Shown in pieces: positions 24,013 through 31,697 of a DNA stretch of 64,000 nucleotides. The translations under genes and the position numbers were made by a program. The notes below the pieces were generated by a model. The model worked only from the letters and a program-made list of their open reading frames with translations, was not told where the DNA came from and did no database searches. The stretch lies in the IMG/VR virus record IMGVR_UViG_3300029910_000007; one strand, 5' to 3'. Origin of the DNA: a virus. Position 1 is the stretch's first letter. Every line of letters starts with the position of its first letter.

Positions 24013-24170
24013 TGAAAATTTACATCGATGAAAAAGATGTTTCGGTTGAGGATTGGAACCGTGCGATGGATAAATTGGCATGGCAAGGATTTCTTTTGTT
24101 TGTTAGTGGACTCTTGTCTTTTGGTTTGATACCCTTGATTTATTGCTATTTTAGAGACCGAAAACTTTAA
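24012..24170 (+). CDS. small membrane protein
   Basis: 52 aa below the track cutoff; ATGA-type overlap; segment GFLLFVSGLLSFGLIPLIYCYF. Confidence 0.4.
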   Translation: MKIYIDEKDVSVEDWNRAMDKLAWQGFLLFVSGLLSFGLIPLIYCYFRDRKL

Positions 24171-24178
24171 AATTTCTG

Positions 24179-24207
24179 TTGACAATCGCCTCTAGAGAGC
24201 ATATAAT
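24179..24207 (+). promoter_or_regulatory. consensus sigma70-type early promoter
   Basis: TTGACA (24179-24184), 17-nt spacer, TATAAT (24202-24207), CTCATCAAGTCGAGAAA leader. Confidence 0.7.
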
Positions 24208-24240
24208 TCTCTCATCAAGTCGAGAAACAGGAGAAACGAA

Positions 24241-24831
24241 ATGGCCAACAAGAATCGCGCAAAGTTTATCGGTGAATGCCAGTGCTGCGGTCATGTCCAG
24301 AAGCTCCCGAATGGTCGTCTGTCGAAGCATGGCTACACCAAACAGTGGGGTTTCTTCTCTGGCACCTGTCTCGGTGCTGATGAGCTTCCTTTGGAGATTT
24401 CCAAGGAACTTGTCGAAGATTTCATCTTCGCTGCTCTGATTCAGAAAGATAATCTGAAGGCTGCTCAGGCCAAAGCTCGTGAAGTTCCGACCGAACAGAA
24501 AGCTTGGGTCCATGAGTATGTTCATGGAACTGGTTACGTTCCGAGTGGCTATCAGTGGCGTTATGTGGACGTGGAGTTTGTTGAAAATGTTTCTCAGGAT
24601 GGTAGCTATCACTGGAACACTTATTCTTTTGTCGGTGTTGACGGAAAAGATCAGAAGATTGAACTTTACAGCGTCGATAGCAAGGATGTGAACACTGTCA
24701 TTGCTCATCTGAATGAGAAGAAGGCTGTGTCTCTGGAAGCTACCGTTAAGCAGATTGACCAGTATGTGGCTTGGCAGACTGACCGCATCAACAAGTGGGT
24801 TCCGCGTGAATTGAAGCTGGTGGAGGCATAA
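24241..24831 (+). CDS. hypothetical early protein
   Basis: 196 aa behind CAGGAGAAACGAA; N-terminal CQCCGH Cys cluster. Confidence 0.6.
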   Translation: MANKNRAKFIGECQCCGHVQKLPNGRLSKHGYTKQWGFFSGTCLGADELPLEISKELVEDFIFAALIQKDNLKAAQAKAREVPTEQKAWVHEYVHGTGYVPSGYQWRYVDVEFVENVSQDGSYHWNTYSFVGVDGKDQKIELYSVDSKDVNTVIAHLNEKKAVSLEATVKQIDQYVAWQTDRINKWVPRELKLVEA

Positions 24832-24836
24832 AGTCC

Positions 24837-24865
24837 TTGACAGGGACTTGGATAGAGAGTATTAT
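24837..24865 (+). promoter_or_regulatory. sigma70-type early promoter
   Basis: TTGACA (24837-24842), 17-nt spacer, TATTAT (24860-24865), CTCATCAAGTC leader. Confidence 0.65.
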
Positions 24866-24900
24866 TCTTCTCATCAAGTCCCTGTCAACACGGAGAACAC

Positions 24901-25275
24901 ATGAAATTCAATGGTTATATGCGAGATTGGAAGTCTGAACACCAAGTTCATCGTGATTGTGCTAAGCGCTCTTTTGATCATGTCATAAAAGATGCTATCG
25001 TGAGTGACGGTGTTGCTCGCTGGAAGAATATGACCAATCTGGTTCCGATGGACCTCTGTGAATTTGTTCTGGAAATTCTACCTGCTGATGAGGCGTACAA
25101 GTTTCAGGTTGATCTGGTGAAGCAGGAAGCTGCTCATGATGTGATCTTGGAACAGCTGGTCGCTCGTGAGAAGACTCGTGTGTATTCTGCTGAAGACTTG
25201 TTTGAAATGCGGGCCGCTTTCGGTCCCGGTGCAAGTGTTGTGAATGTTCTGAGTGGGAAGAGGATTCAACTGTGA
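24901..25275 (+). CDS. hypothetical early protein
   Basis: 124 aa behind CACGGAGAACAC. Confidence 0.6.
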   Translation: MKFNGYMRDWKSEHQVHRDCAKRSFDHVIKDAIVSDGVARWKNMTNLVPMDLCEFVLEILPADEAYKFQVDLVKQEAAHDVILEQLVAREKTRVYSAEDLFEMRAAFGPGASVVNVLSGKRIQL

Positions 25276-25463
25276 ACTTTCTTATTGGTCTTGGATTATG
25301 GGTTCTGTGTGCTATGATTGTAGCGAAGATCATGTATAATCTAAACGGAAAATTGGAAGCTGATAGTTGGACTGCGTCAATGCTTATGTTCTGGCCTATC
25401 TTTGTTATTGGATTGATTTTTGTTGGAGGATTTAAATTTTTAGTTTGGATTGTTAAATTTTAA
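25272..25463 (+). CDS. small membrane protein
   Basis: GTG start overlapping the upstream stop; two hydrophobic segments. Confidence 0.5.
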   Translation: MNFLIGLGLWVLCAMIVAKIMYNLNGKLEADSWTASMLMFWPIFVIGLIFVGGFKFLVWIVKF

Positions 25464-25466
25464 TTT

Positions 25467-25680
25467 GGGTCGTTGCCGACCTGTTGTCACAGCATCAAGG
25501 CTTGGTTAGCGGGGCTTTGGTGTGGGGAATCCTGCAAGTGTGACAATATAGGTATGGTTATGGGCACTAGGTAGGAGAGGTCTTTGGAAGCGTAGGGAGT
25601 GGTCGAAAGACTACCGCAACCTCCCGAGAAACAAGGATGGGTACTACCAACGTCAAGTTCGAGTCTTGGACGACCCACCA
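25467..25680 (+). ncRNA. 214-nt GC-rich structured RNA with a tRNA-like acceptor/T-arm formed by its two ends (tmRNA-like topology; class unknown)
   Basis: GGGTCGT (25467-25473) pairs perfectly with ACGACCC (25670-25676). T arm TCAAG-TTCGAGT-CTTGG (25653-25669), A + CCA (25677-25680). Internal helices 25484-25490/25540-25546 and 25595-25599/25621-25625, plus a GAAA hairpin 25600-25613. No D or anticodon arm in tRNA positions. Confidence 0.55.
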
Positions 25681-25704
25681 ATTTTGTAGTTCTGGAGAAA
25701 ATTT

Positions 25705-25899
25705 ATGACAGATACAGAAAAAGCTTGGATTGATTCAGCAGACTATGAGACACTTCTCAGGCGCTGGAGATTTTCCGAAATGACTGATTCAATTTTTCAA
25801 GGTGAGTCTGGAAAGTATTACTCAGACAGGATGTTTTCATTGAGGAATGCGAATGAAACCGCTGCTGTTGCAGCTTCGAAGAGGATTGGGTGGGGTTAA
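25705..25899 (+). CDS. hypothetical protein
   Basis: 64 aa behind TGGAGAAAATTT. Confidence 0.5.
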   Translation: MTDTEKAWIDSADYETLLRRWRFSEMTDSIFQGESGKYYSDRMFSLRNANETAAVAASKRIGWG

Positions 25900-26687
25900 T
25901 GGGTAGGAGGAATGTATAAAGATGGTGTTATTTTTGACCATTTTCTAGTCAGAATCGGTAGATTATACCTCTGCACACATTCTAATAAACATTGAATTGT
26001 ACTTTCTTTTGATATACACAATGCAACTGTTCCATTGTTAATATTTAACACTTTGGCCCTAGATGATTGATTTAAAATATCATGAATCCGCTTATTTAAA
26101 AATTCTAAGTTATTTTTCCAAGATGGATGAATCTGTATATTTATTTTATTATATCCAGTCTTTGTTCGATAAATACAACCATCCCCATCTACAAATCCAA
26201 TGAATAAACTAATCCATTGATCATCTGTTATGTTATACAATGATAGTTTTGGTGGATTAGTGGTTTTTCGTTCATTGATATCATACTTAGAACATATTTT
26301 TGGAACGACTTCACAATTTCTTGTTGTTACGTTAAAGTATGTATAATTTTTCTTAAAATTTGTGTTTCTAACGTATTTACCAACTTTTGCACCAACATAT
26401 TTTGCATATTTTTCAATATGTTCCTTATCCTTACTACCTAATTCTAATGCAATGGAAGTATTACCACTTACCCATCCATCCGCTAATAAAAATCCGATCC
26501 AATAAGCAGACACGTTTGTCTGGTCTAACAAAATTTCGATATTGTTGAATTTATGTTTCTTTGCTGAAATATTTAATCTTTTTAATGTGTTTCGTATAGA
26601 GCTAACATCACGCTTCAAATGAGACGCTAACTCTGTTGCCGTTAAATTATTACAGTTTTCTATAATGTATGTAGTTGAAGTGTCCAT
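25896..26687 (-). CDS. LAGLIDADG homing endonuclease (two-motif) with N-terminal HTH-like region
   Basis: WIGFLLADGWV and LFIGFVDGDGCIY motifs; ATG 26687 (track GTG 26693); opposite strand, AT-rich. Confidence 0.8.
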   Translation of the reverse strand: MDTSTTYIIENCNNLTATELASHLKRDVSSIRNTLKRLNISAKKHKFNNIEILLDQTNVSAYWIGFLLADGWVSGNTSIALELGSKDKEHIEKYAKYVGAKVGKYVRNTNFKKNYTYFNVTTRNCEVVPKICSKYDINERKTTNPPKLSLYNITDDQWISLFIGFVDGDGCIYRTKTGYNKINIQIHPSWKNNLEFLNKRIHDILNQSSRAKVLNINNGTVALCISKESTIQCLLECVQRYNLPILTRKWSKITPSLYIPPTH

Positions 26688-26761
26688 AACCACCTATCAT
26701 GACTTGTATATTTCTATTTATCATGGTACACTACACATAAGATGATAATACGGACAATTCA

Positions 26762-27331
26762 ATGAAAATATTTTTTACTAGTGACAACCATTTCTACCAC
26801 AACCGAATAATTGAATATTCTAAACGTCCATTTGTGGACGTTGAAGACATGCACTACCAGATGATTCAAAAGTGGAATGCTATCGTTCAACCTAATGATA
26901 CTGTTTATAATCTTGGAGATTTTTCATTTGGTAAAATTGATGATACTGTCAAGATTTTAAAGAGACTGAATGGTAACATTCATCTCACTCTAGGGAATCA
27001 TGATCGTGAACTGATTCGAAACAAGGAAATGCTCTTGGCTAAAGGTTATTTCAAGTCCATGGATTACTACAAGGAAATCAAAGTCGAAGGTCAACATATC
27101 AACCTATTTCACTTCGGTTGTCGTGTGTGGAACAAATCTCACCATTCTGCTTGGTTGCTTTTTGGTCATTCTCATGGTAGTCTAGCACCCCATGGAAAGT
27201 CTGTTGATGTAGGTTCCGATTCTCCGTGGATCACAGGTCAAGCTGAATACAGACCGTTCTCATTTTCAGAAGTCAAGCGATTCATGGACAAGCAAGAAGT
27301 CACTTACGTCGATCATCACGAGGAACGCTAA
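26762..27331 (+). CDS. metallophosphoesterase (calcineurin-like)
   Basis: FFTSDNHF, LGDF, LGNHD, GHSHG motifs. Confidence 0.8.
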   Translation: MKIFFTSDNHFYHNRIIEYSKRPFVDVEDMHYQMIQKWNAIVQPNDTVYNLGDFSFGKIDDTVKILKRLNGNIHLTLGNHDRELIRNKEMLLAKGYFKSMDYYKEIKVEGQHINLFHFGCRVWNKSHHSAWLLFGHSHGSLAPHGKSVDVGSDSPWITGQAEYRPFSFSEVKRFMDKQEVTYVDHHEER

Positions 27332-27547
27332 ATGAGCAACACAGCTATTATGCCGGTAAACACTACCAAAGAACATCTGGTCTATCTGGACAAGCTGATA
27401 GAATCTGGTGTGACCAATATGTTTGGTGCAGCACCATATCTCAAACGTGCGTTCGGACTTTCTGCAAAGGATGCAACAGTTATTTTAATCTATTGGATGG
27501 AAACATTCGATGATCGTCACATCAAAGAAGGGACTGCAGCGTCATGA
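27332..27547 (+). CDS. hypothetical protein
   Basis: 71 aa, abuts the upstream stop. Confidence 0.5.
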   Translation: MSNTAIMPVNTTKEHLVYLDKLIESGVTNMFGAAPYLKRAFGLSAKDATVILIYWMETFDDRHIKEGTAAS

Positions 27548-27921
27548 ACAAGACTGAACGTCGGAAGATGTATCGACACATTGCAAACATTTTGGAGAAT
27601 GGTACTTCATTTTCGGGATATATTTGTGTTGAAATCGCAGGTTATGTTGAACAAAATTTTCAAAAAAAATCAATTAGATTTGAACAATTAAAATTGGAAT
27701 CTCTTCTTGGTGTACCAGAACTAATATCTGGTCGTGCATGGCTTAGTCATGGTCATGGACCGATTGGTGAGGAAATTGATACTAAACAAAAAATGATTGG
27801 GCGAAAGATCAAGGTTCTTCGTCTATTGGCTTCTGGACGCCGCAACGACCTCATTATGGCAAAAAAGATTGCTCTTCCTTCTATCAGTCATACCTTGAAA
27901 ATTCATGGTGTTGATCAATAA
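27544..27921 (+). CDS. hypothetical protein
   Basis: 125 aa, ATGA overlap. Confidence 0.5.
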   Translation: MNKTERRKMYRHIANILENGTSFSGYICVEIAGYVEQNFQKKSIRFEQLKLESLLGVPELISGRAWLSHGHGPIGEEIDTKQKMIGRKIKVLRLLASGRRNDLIMAKKIALPSISHTLKIHGVDQ

Positions 27922-27937
27922 AGTCTAAATACACAAC

Positions 27938-27958
27938 AGAGACGGATAGACTGTCTCT
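27938..27958 (+). promoter_or_regulatory. conserved hairpin upstream of the NMNAT-Nudix gene
   Basis: Stem AGAGAC/GTCTCT with 9-nt loop GGATAGACT; the identical loop occurs at 29433-29441. Confidence 0.45.
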
Positions 27959-27987
27959 CAAATGAAACTAGCCGGAGATATACTCCA

Positions 27988-29061
27988 ATGCAAAAACAAT
28001 ATAAGACAGCCGTTGTAATCGGGAGATTCCAGCCCCACCATCAGGGGCACCTCTCACTCTTCAGAAAAGCAGCCGAACTTGCTGACAACATCGTCATCAT
28101 TGTTGGTTCTTCTTACATTGCTCGAAACATCAAGAACCCATTCACATTTGAAGAGCGTGAAGCCATGCTCTATGAAACTGTCAAGAACATGTTCGAAAAT
28201 GTCTATACCTATGGTGTGACTGACTACATGTATAACGACTCTCAGTGGATTTCTGAGGTTTCCTATAATGTTGATGAAGCAATTTCTGATATTGATGAAA
28301 ACGACCCACACCCTTTGCATGTCAGAACTTTTACCAAAGACGTTGTGATCGTCGGGTATCACAAGGATGCTTCCAGCTGGTATTTGGATAAATTTCCACA
28401 GTATGACTATGTCGAAGCCAATTCTGAACATCCTTTGGATGCCACAACAATTCGTGAACAGTTGTTCACCCTAAAAGATGATGAATATTACGCATGGAAT
28501 GTTCCGAAGCATGTATTTAACTTCTTGATGAAGTTTGTCAAGACGGATGAGTATGTTGCACTGCGTGAGGAATATGAGCAGAACGTAAACTACAAAAAGC
28601 CTTATATCGGGCTTCCTTATCCACCAATTTTCCAGACTGTGGATGCTGTTGTGTTCTGTAAGTCTCATTTCCTTGTCGTAAAGCGTCGTGCGAGTCCCGG
28701 AAAGGGACTTCTAGCCCTTCCGGGAGGTTTCCTGAACGTTGATGAGCGAATCAACAATGGCATCCTTAGAGAGCTTCTGGAAGAGACCAGAATCAAGGTC
28801 CGAGAAGATAAGCTAGTGATTAGGGAAACCAAGACATTTGATCATCCAAATAGGTCTCTTCGTGGTCGAACGATTACCACAACTGGATTGATCATTCTGG
28901 ATGATGAACACGAACTTCCAAAGGTTCGTGGGTCTGATGATGCTGAAAAAGCAAAATGGATTCCAATCAGTAAATTACATACAATGAGTGACAAACTATT
29001 TGAGGATCATTTTTCAATTTTGAACTATTGGGTTCCTATTGCCGAACGTTACGGATTTTAA
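27988..29061 (+). CDS. natV: bifunctional NMN adenylyltransferase / Nudix (ADP-ribose pyrophosphatase-type) protein
   Basis: N-terminal VVIGRFQPHHQGHLSLF (nucleotidyltransferase HxGH); C-terminal Nudix box GGFLNVDERINNGILRELLEETRI. Confidence 0.8.
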   Translation: MQKQYKTAVVIGRFQPHHQGHLSLFRKAAELADNIVIIVGSSYIARNIKNPFTFEEREAMLYETVKNMFENVYTYGVTDYMYNDSQWISEVSYNVDEAISDIDENDPHPLHVRTFTKDVVIVGYHKDASSWYLDKFPQYDYVEANSEHPLDATTIREQLFTLKDDEYYAWNVPKHVFNFLMKFVKTDEYVALREEYEQNVNYKKPYIGLPYPPIFQTVDAVVFCKSHFLVVKRRASPGKGLLALPGGFLNVDERINNGILRELLEETRIKVREDKLVIRETKTFDHPNRSLRGRTITTTGLIILDDEHELPKVRGSDDAEKAKWIPISKLHTMSDKLFEDHFSILNYWVPIAERYGF

Positions 29062-29064
29062 GCC

Positions 29065-29409
29065 ATGTTATCCAAACCACAAATCGAAGCCATTCTCAAA
29101 AGAGTCAAATATCTTGACTGGGAATTCCGTGTTCACCATGAAAAACTTGAACCTCGTTCATGGCAGGATAAAACACTCGAAAAGAGGTATATGTATTTTC
29201 TTCAGGTAGTTTTTAAAGCGCCTGACGCAAACACTGGAATATTGGAAGAACAACGTTGCAGATGGCATCTAATTGATACCGATAAAGGCACATACGAAAT
29301 TTTAAGGCTTGCTTACAAAGCTATCAAGGATGCAGTTCTGCATGAAATGAATGAAAACTTTTATGTTGATGGCGATAGAGTAGCTGACCCACATTTGACA
29401 TATAACTAA
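29065..29409 (+). CDS. hypothetical protein between the two NAD-salvage genes
   Basis: 114-aa ORF. Confidence 0.5.
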   Translation: MLSKPQIEAILKRVKYLDWEFRVHHEKLEPRSWQDKTLEKRYMYFLQVVFKAPDANTGILEEQRCRWHLIDTDKGTYEILRLAYKAIKDAVLHEMNENFYVDGDRVADPHLTYN

Positions 29410-29427
29410 CCTTTGATGTAAACTTAC

Positions 29428-29446
29428 AGTGCGGATAGACTGCACT
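29428..29446 (+). promoter_or_regulatory. conserved hairpin upstream of the NAMPT gene (also terminator-like)
   Basis: Stem AGTGC/GCACT with loop GGATAGACT, followed by TTTTAATTTT; the RBS region GGAGATAGACTCATG echoes the loop. Confidence 0.45.
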
Positions 29447-29472
29447 TTTAATTTTAAAATGGAGATAGACTC

Positions 29473-30870
29473 ATGACACAGACAAATTTCTTACTGAATA
29501 CAGATAGTTACAAACACAGCCAGTGGCTTCAGTACCCACCCGGAACTGAGTATGTCTATAGCTATATCGAATCTCGTGGTGGAGAATATCCTCATTCTCT
29601 GTTCTTTGGTCTTCAAATGTTCATCAAGAAGTATCTGACCAAGCCGATCACAATTTCAGACATTGTGGAAGCGCAGATTGTGTGCAAGGCCCATGGTGTA
29701 CCATTCAATGGTGATGGATGGATGTACATCCTCAAGGAACATGGTGGTAAGCTTCCTCTTCTCATCAAGGCGGTTCCAGAAGGGTCTGTTCTTCCTGTTG
29801 GACTTCCTTTGGTTACTATTGTCAACACTGACCCAAAGTGTTATTGGCTGACATCATTTGCCGAGACTGCGATTCTTCGTGGTGTTTGGTATCCAACAAC
29901 CGTCGCAACAAAGTCCATGGAAATCCGAAAGGTTATCAAACGTTATCTTGAACAGACTGGTGATGTTTCTGGTCTTGACTTTAAATTGCATGATTTTGGT
30001 GCAAGAGGTGTTTCTTCTGAAGAAAGTGCTGAAGTCGGTGGACTTGCTCATTTGGCAACCGGATTTAAGGGAACTGACACAATGTCTGCTCTTCTTGGTG
30101 CCTACAAATATTATGGTGAAGAAATGGCTGGTTTCAGTATTCCAGCTTCCGAACATAGCACCATCACGTCATGGGGGAAGGAACGAGAGTTTGATGCCTA
30201 TCGAAATATGATCAAATTGTTTGGCGGAGACGGGAAAATTTATGCTTGTGTCTCTGATTCGTTCGATGTTTTCAATGCAACCAGAAACGGGTGGGGTGGT
30301 GTTCTCAAGGATGAAGTGATTGCAGCTGGTGGAACGCTTGTCATTCGTCCAGATTCTGGTGAGATTGTCCCCACAATTTTGAAGCTCGCAAATATTATTG
30401 ATGAAAAGTTTGGCTCTACTATCAATGCCAAAGGCTACAAAGTCTTCAACAACGTTCGTCTGATTCAGGGTGATGGAATTGATGGTCATACCATCGTTGA
30501 TGAGATTCTTTGGGAGTTGAGTGATTGGGGGTTTAGTGCTGATAACATTGCATTTGGTTCTGGTGGTGGAATGCTTCAGAAGCTCAATCGTGACACCATG
30601 AAGTTTGCCATGAAATGTTCTGCAGCCAAGATCAATGGTGAATGGGTTGATGTCTATAAAGACCCTATCACTGATTTAGGAAAGCGTTCCAAGCGCGGTA
30701 GAATCGAGACTGTGAGGATGTGGACCACTGATGGTAAGCTGGTTGTTCACGATCTATCTAAGCCTCTGGAAGGCGGTGATTACATGATGCAGACTGTGTT
30801 TGAAAATGGTCGCCTGTTGGTTGATCAAAGTCTGATGCAGATTCGCTCTCTTGTTGCTTCACAAATCTAA
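29473..30870 (+). CDS. nadV: nicotinamide phosphoribosyltransferase (NAMPT)
   Basis: 465 aa; N-terminal LLNTDSYKHSQW, GARGVSS, SIPASEHS, IRPDSG, LIQGDGI regions typical of NAMPT/NadV. Confidence 0.85.
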   Translation: MTQTNFLLNTDSYKHSQWLQYPPGTEYVYSYIESRGGEYPHSLFFGLQMFIKKYLTKPITISDIVEAQIVCKAHGVPFNGDGWMYILKEHGGKLPLLIKAVPEGSVLPVGLPLVTIVNTDPKCYWLTSFAETAILRGVWYPTTVATKSMEIRKVIKRYLEQTGDVSGLDFKLHDFGARGVSSEESAEVGGLAHLATGFKGTDTMSALLGAYKYYGEEMAGFSIPASEHSTITSWGKEREFDAYRNMIKLFGGDGKIYACVSDSFDVFNATRNGWGGVLKDEVIAAGGTLVIRPDSGEIVPTILKLANIIDEKFGSTINAKGYKVFNNVRLIQGDGIDGHTIVDEILWELSDWGFSADNIAFGSGGGMLQKLNRDTMKFAMKCSAAKINGEWVDVYKDPITDLGKRSKRGRIETVRMWTTDGKLVVHDLSKPLEGGDYMMQTVFENGRLLVDQSLMQIRSLVASQI

Positions 30871-30871
30871 T

Positions 30872-31114
30872 ATGAAAACTAGATTGTTTACACCAGAATC
30901 AGTCAGGATAATAGTATATGATATGTTACACTACTATCCTGAATTAGGCGATGGTGATGTTAGAAGGAATGTTGGGAAAAACGTAACAAAGAGAACATTT
31001 ACCCAGTTCAATGGATTGTGTGGAAATTATCTGAACTTTTATGAGACCACTCCAACAGAATTTTTCTCTTATGTAATTTCTGAAATTGAGAAAGAAGTAA
31101 ACAAACTCACATGA
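30872..31114 (+). CDS. hypothetical protein
   Basis: ATG 30872, 1 nt after the nadV stop. Confidence 0.5.
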   Translation: MKTRLFTPESVRIIVYDMLHYYPELGDGDVRRNVGKNVTKRTFTQFNGLCGNYLNFYETTPTEFFSYVISEIEKEVNKLT

Positions 31115-31473
31115 ACAAAATTTATATCCTAGTCCATTCATGGCTTGCACCAGCCAATCGTGCTGTTCAGGCTGCTCATGTCGTTCAAGGGTGGGCTGCA
31201 GCCGAAAAGGACATGCATATCATCCTATTGGAAACTGGAAAATCACAACCACAAGATGATCTGAAGACATCCATTCATGTATGTGCTAGGTTGAATAAGT
31301 ATGCAGTAGAAGGAACTGAAATTCCAACCAAACATTTTACTGAATCTAAAGAATGTAATGGTGGTCAAATTACAGCTGTTGGTTTTATTCTTGATCCAAA
31401 TGAAACCACACCAGAATCTACCAACAATAAATCTATGCTTCTCCATCTCTCAAAATTTCGTCTAGCGTCATGA
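31111..31473 (+). CDS. hypothetical protein, weak resemblance to PTH2-type peptidyl-tRNA hydrolase
   Basis: 120 aa; ANRAVQAAHVV and QITAVGF plus the C-terminal HLSKFRL loosely match the PTH2 pattern (GK.AAQ..HA ... lai.GP ... HLKL). Confidence 0.3.
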   Translation: MNKIYILVHSWLAPANRAVQAAHVVQGWAAAEKDMHIILLETGKSQPQDDLKTSIHVCARLNKYAVEGTEIPTKHFTESKECNGGQITAVGFILDPNETTPESTNNKSMLLHLSKFRLAS

Positions 31474-31664
31474 ACGATATCACTGCTGAAATGAAAGAAT
31501 CAATTTCCAAGATGAACTATGCTCAGTGTCTGGATTTCAGAAATAAATATTCACCGACAGCACATGTCATTTTCACTGACGCAGAATTGAACGCATATTT
31601 CAAGTCGCATCTCTATCTACTGAGGTTTAAAACACTCGTCATTCCCGATGGAAATGTGCTTTAA
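31470..31664 (+). CDS. hypothetical protein
   Basis: 64 aa, ATGA overlap. Confidence 0.5.
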   Translation: MNDITAEMKESISKMNYAQCLDFRNKYSPTAHVIFTDAELNAYFKSHLYLLRFKTLVIPDGNVL

Positions 31665-31697
31665 ATATCAATATACACCACATTATGCGAACCTAAA

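Noticed and set aside
24151-24708. 185-aa - strand ORF
   Set aside because: It is antisense to ORF 24241-24831, which sits behind a consensus promoter and a GGAG leader.
25467-25680. Calling this RNA a canonical tmRNA, or an intron-containing tRNA
   Set aside because: At about 214 nt it is far shorter than typical tmRNA, has G3-C70 instead of G-U, and has no plausible Ala-initiated tag ORF with a hydrophobic end in any frame. There is no D or anticodon arm flanking the insert, and about 140 nt is too short for a group I intron. It is reported as a tRNA-like-ended RNA of unknown class instead.
25487-25681. 64-aa - strand ORF
   Set aside because: It lies entirely within the structured RNA, has Gly/Pro/Ser-rich composition typical of reading a GC-rich RNA gene, and has no RBS.
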